Of a DNA stretch of 64,000 nt, positions 61,302 to 64,000 are shown piece by piece; position 1 is the first letter of the stretch; every line of letters starts with the position of its first letter. The DNA is taken from contig QFXC01000007.1 of the NCBI GenBank assembly GCA_003349885.1, positions 269,125 to 333,124 of the forward strand. The letters run 5' to 3'. The notes below the pieces were generated by a model that was not told the DNA's origin, did no database searches, and saw only the letters and a list, made by a program, of their open reading frames with translations. Made by a program: the position numbers and the translations under genes. The DNA is from an endosymbiont of Galathealinum brachiosum. Its GTDB lineage: Bacteria > Pseudomonadota > Gammaproteobacteria > SZUA-229.

Positions 61302-62996
61302 ATGGATGCATCAGCCCACAAAGCCGGCAATATCATTATTGCTGATGATGACCCCTCAATTCTGCTTCTACTGCGCCATATTCTGTCAGAAGAAAATTAT
61401 GATGTAACCGAAGCTCGCTCTGGTATGGAAGCGATCGAACTTTGTCGGGAGTTCACCTATGATCTGGCGATATTTGACCTGGTTATGCCCGATGTTGATG
61501 GAATATCCGCCTGTAAAGAAATCACATTACAGGTTTCGAACCCTCCGCCTGTGCTTATTATTACATCATTAGATGATGACGCATCGGTCAGTAGTGCTTT
61601 TGATGCCGGAGCAATTGACTATATAACTAAACCCATTAACTGGTCTGTCTTTAAACAGCGTGTCAAACGCATCGTTGAAAGCGAACAAAACCGACAGAAA
61701 GTAAAACGCCTTGAGTTCCATGACTCACTAACCGGTTTACCTAACCGCACCCTTTTACTCGACCGACTTGAATCAGCCACTCTGCGCGCTCAACGTAATC
61801 AGTCAATGCTGGCTCTATTAATGGTTGATATAGATAACCTGAAATTAATAAATGAAACCCTCGGGCATAGTAATGGCGACAAGGTAATTATGTCAGTTGC
61901 TAACCGACTGGGTAAAACCATTCGTGATACCGATACCTTATCTCGCAGTGGTGGTGATGAATTTATTTTAATTATTGAAAATATTCAACAATTAGAAGAC
62001 GTGGGTTTAATGGCGGCAAAATTTTCCCGTACAATTGAACACAGCCTGACTATCATGGATCAGGATTTACACATAAAAGCCAGCATTGGTATTAGCATGT
62101 ATCCTCAGGATGGAACGGATATTGGCAGTTTATTAAGCCATTCAGATGCGGCACTTTATCGCGCAAAAGAACAGGGTGGAAATATATATGAATTTTACTC
62201 ACCTGATCTGGGACGACAGGCACGACGTCGATTAGAGCTTGAAAGCAATTTACGTCACGCTCTGGAAAATGATGAACTGGTTGTTTACTACCAGCCTAAA
62301 ATAAACCTGACAACAGGTATTGCTGAAGGCATGGAAGCACTGGTTCGCTGGAACCACCCTGAAAAAGGCATTATTCCACCTGATGATTTTATTCCTGTTG
62401 CAGAAGAAACCGGATTAATTATTCCACTGGGTAAACAGGTCATTGAAAAAGCCTGTGCACAATTCAAACAGTGGCAAGTTGATAATATCCCTGTAACAAA
62501 TATTTCAATCAATGTTTCAGGTCGTCAGTTTAAAGAACAAAATCTGGTTAGCCTGTTACAGGATGTATTAAATAAACATCAACTCGATGCTACCCATATC
62601 GAGTTAGAACTGACTGAAAGCACGCTATTAAAAAATGAACAACAGGCAGAATCTATATTGAATGAATTACATAATATGGGGCTGCAAATTTCTATTGATG
62701 ATTTCGGAACTGGATATGCTTCACTCTCATACCTGAAACGTCTGCCAATCGATATATTAAAAATAGACAAATCTTTTACCGATGGCATATTGCATGACCC
62801 GGATGATATAGCCATTGTAAATGCCATATATGGCCTTGCTAAAGGTTTAGGTTTGAAACTGGTTGCAGAAGGAATTGAAACCAGTGAACAGTTAGAAAAA
62901 ATCAAACAACTAGGGGTAGATTACGGTCAGGGATATTTATGGAGTCCACCTCGACCTGCCGAACAATACCTGGAATTACTTGAGAGCTTGAGTTAG
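61302..62996 (+). CDS. Response regulator with REC-GGDEF-EAL domains
   Basis: REC domain (IIIADDDPSILLL ... DLVMPDVDG), GGDEF domain (RSGGDEFILII), and EAL domain (EALVRW, DDFGTGYASLSYL). Confidence 0.9.
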   Translation: MDASAHKAGNIIIADDDPSILLLLRHILSEENYDVTEARSGMEAIELCREFTYDLAIFDLVMPDVDGISACKEITLQVSNPPPVLIITSLDDDASVSSAFDAGAIDYITKPINWSVFKQRVKRIVESEQNRQKVKRLEFHDSLTGLPNRTLLLDRLESATLRAQRNQSMLALLMVDIDNLKLINETLGHSNGDKVIMSVANRLGKTIRDTDTLSRSGGDEFILIIENIQQLEDVGLMAAKFSRTIEHSLTIMDQDLHIKASIGISMYPQDGTDIGSLLSHSDAALYRAKEQGGNIYEFYSPDLGRQARRRLELESNLRHALENDELVVYYQPKINLTTGIAEGMEALVRWNHPEKGIIPPDDFIPVAEETGLIIPLGKQVIEKACAQFKQWQVDNIPVTNISINVSGRQFKEQNLVSLLQDVLNKHQLDATHIELELTESTLLKNEQQAESILNELHNMGLQISIDDFGTGYASLSYLKRLPIDILKIDKSFTDGILHDPDDIAIVNAIYGLAKGLGLKLVAEGIETSEQLEKIKQLGVDYGQGYLWSPPRPAEQYLELLESLS

Positions 62997-63127
62997 CTTA
63001 AATCAAATATCTGCTTTCACTAGCAGATAAGTTTAATGCATATGTCGCATCGATATATCGAAGCCTTCTCCAGGAAAGACCTAAAACATAACGAGCGCAC
63101 TAAAAACACACTAGAGCTTGCCTTGCA

Positions 63128-63826
63128 TTACGCAGCTACTTCTTTTAACTGATTTACATTATGTATGGTTATTTCACTACCATTAACATCAATGAGATTA
63201 CGATTCCTGAGCGTCTTTAGTGTACGAGAAAAAGTTTCCGGTTTAATAAACAGGCAGGATGCTAGAATGTTTTTAGGCATCGTTAAATTTATAATATAAG
63301 TAGTATTAGTCTTATGATCGTCTGGCACTTGTTGCAACAGGTAATTTATCAGTCTGAAATCAGCATTTTGCAGCGCGAGGCAATCAACCTGGTCGATATG
63401 CTGTTGTAAGCACAAACTCAAATTAGACATTAACTGAAAGCAGGCGTCTTTAGATTCTTCAAGTATGGACTTAAAGACCTTACAATCAAAGGATAGTAAC
63501 TCTGTATCAATAAGCGCTTCTGCACCGAGAGGATATCTACCGTTTTCTAAAAACAGGTAACTTTCAGAAAAAACCTCTCCAGGTTGAATAACATCGACGA
63601 CACGTTCACTCCCTTCTAAAAAAATACGAAATAATTTTATCTGACCTGATTTAACCAGATAAAACTTGTCAGCTATATCTCCATGTTCAAACAAATGCTC
63701 ATTTTCTGCCAAATGAATAAGTTTCATGTGTTTTTGTATTTTGTTGAGCTGCGGCTCTTTAAACTGAGATAGTATTGAAATTTTATGCAATTCTGATAAT
63801 GAAATAGAGGGGGGGCATATACGCAT
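63128..63826 (-). CDS. CRP/FNR-family transcriptional regulator (cNMP-binding + HTH)
   Basis: A cNMP-binding-like beta-roll followed by a C-terminal HTH (KNILASCLFIKPETFSRTLKTL). No N-terminal Cys cluster is evident, so it is not clearly FNR itself. Confidence 0.7.
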   Translation of the reverse strand: MRICPPSISLSELHKISILSQFKEPQLNKIQKHMKLIHLAENEHLFEHGDIADKFYLVKSGQIKLFRIFLEGSERVVDVIQPGEVFSESYLFLENGRYPLGAEALIDTELLSFDCKVFKSILEESKDACFQLMSNLSLCLQQHIDQVDCLALQNADFRLINYLLQQVPDDHKTNTTYIINLTMPKNILASCLFIKPETFSRTLKTLRNRNLIDVNGSEITIHNVNQLKEVAA

Positions 63827-64000
63827 TTGATCATCCTTTTTATTATCATTTATTAATTAACCATATCAATGGTGTTATTAATTATAGAAGAGTTTTATAA
63901 AAAATCATCAAGCTTTAACATTAACTTATTTAATGTCTATTCATGTCCATTTATGTCCGCGAGCACATTTTTCAGTTAAGACATAATTTTAACCAATCGA

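Noticed and set aside
1-64000. CRISPR arrays, IS elements, transposases, integrases, prophage genes
   Set aside because: I looked for them and saw no regular direct repeats with spacers. No DDE transposase or tyrosine/serine recombinase motifs appear in any sizeable ORF.

Overview
This is a 64-kb AT-rich chromosomal window (GC roughly high 30s to ~40% by eye) that looks gammaproteobacterial, probably marine or environmental. Two observations support this: accA sits next to tilS, and a yccA-like gene sits next to tRNA-Ser(UGA) as serT does in E. coli. The left end carries housekeeping and signalling genes, and the far right end carries tilS, accA, a REC-GGDEF-EAL regulator and a CRP/FNR-family regulator. 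In between are a CbbQ/NorQ-CbbO/NorD AAA+/vWA pair with no RuBisCO or nor genes in view, a methyl-accepting chemotaxis protein, and exonuclease I (sbcB). A standalone 204-aa class III nucleotidyl cyclase follows sbcB. Seven tightly spaced genes form one operon that joins a partner-switching module (HDOD-PP2C phosphatase, RsbW-like kinase, STAS antagonist) to an Mla/MCE-type ABC transporter. The classic MoxR-DUF58-transglutaminase (TgpA) triad follows it. Two RND efflux systems bracket an accessory-looking block. That block contains a 1865-aa ORF consisting of two complete UvrA copies fused in frame, tandem SnoaL-like and EthD proteins, an HD-GYP phosphodiesterase with a periplasmic CXXCH heme-c motif, and a 7TMR-DISM GGDEF cyclase. 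Further right are tRNA-Ser(UGA) with an inverted, degenerate tRNA-Ser-like remnant and several hairpins next to it, and a yccA-like Bax-inhibitor-1 family gene. The same stretch holds a YbiB-like TrpD paralogue, a hybrid histidine kinase, a PEP-CTERM protein, and a secreted pentaheme c-type cytochrome preceded by a perfect FNR box. The window ends with tilS, accA, a REC-GGDEF-EAL regulator and a CRP/FNR-family regulator. I found no CRISPR array, transposase, integrase or rRNA. The most unusual items are the single-chain double UvrA, the partner-switching-to-MCE/ABC operon, the orphan minimal cyclase and the haem-c-containing HD-GYP sensor. All family assignments are by eye from motifs; no searches were run.
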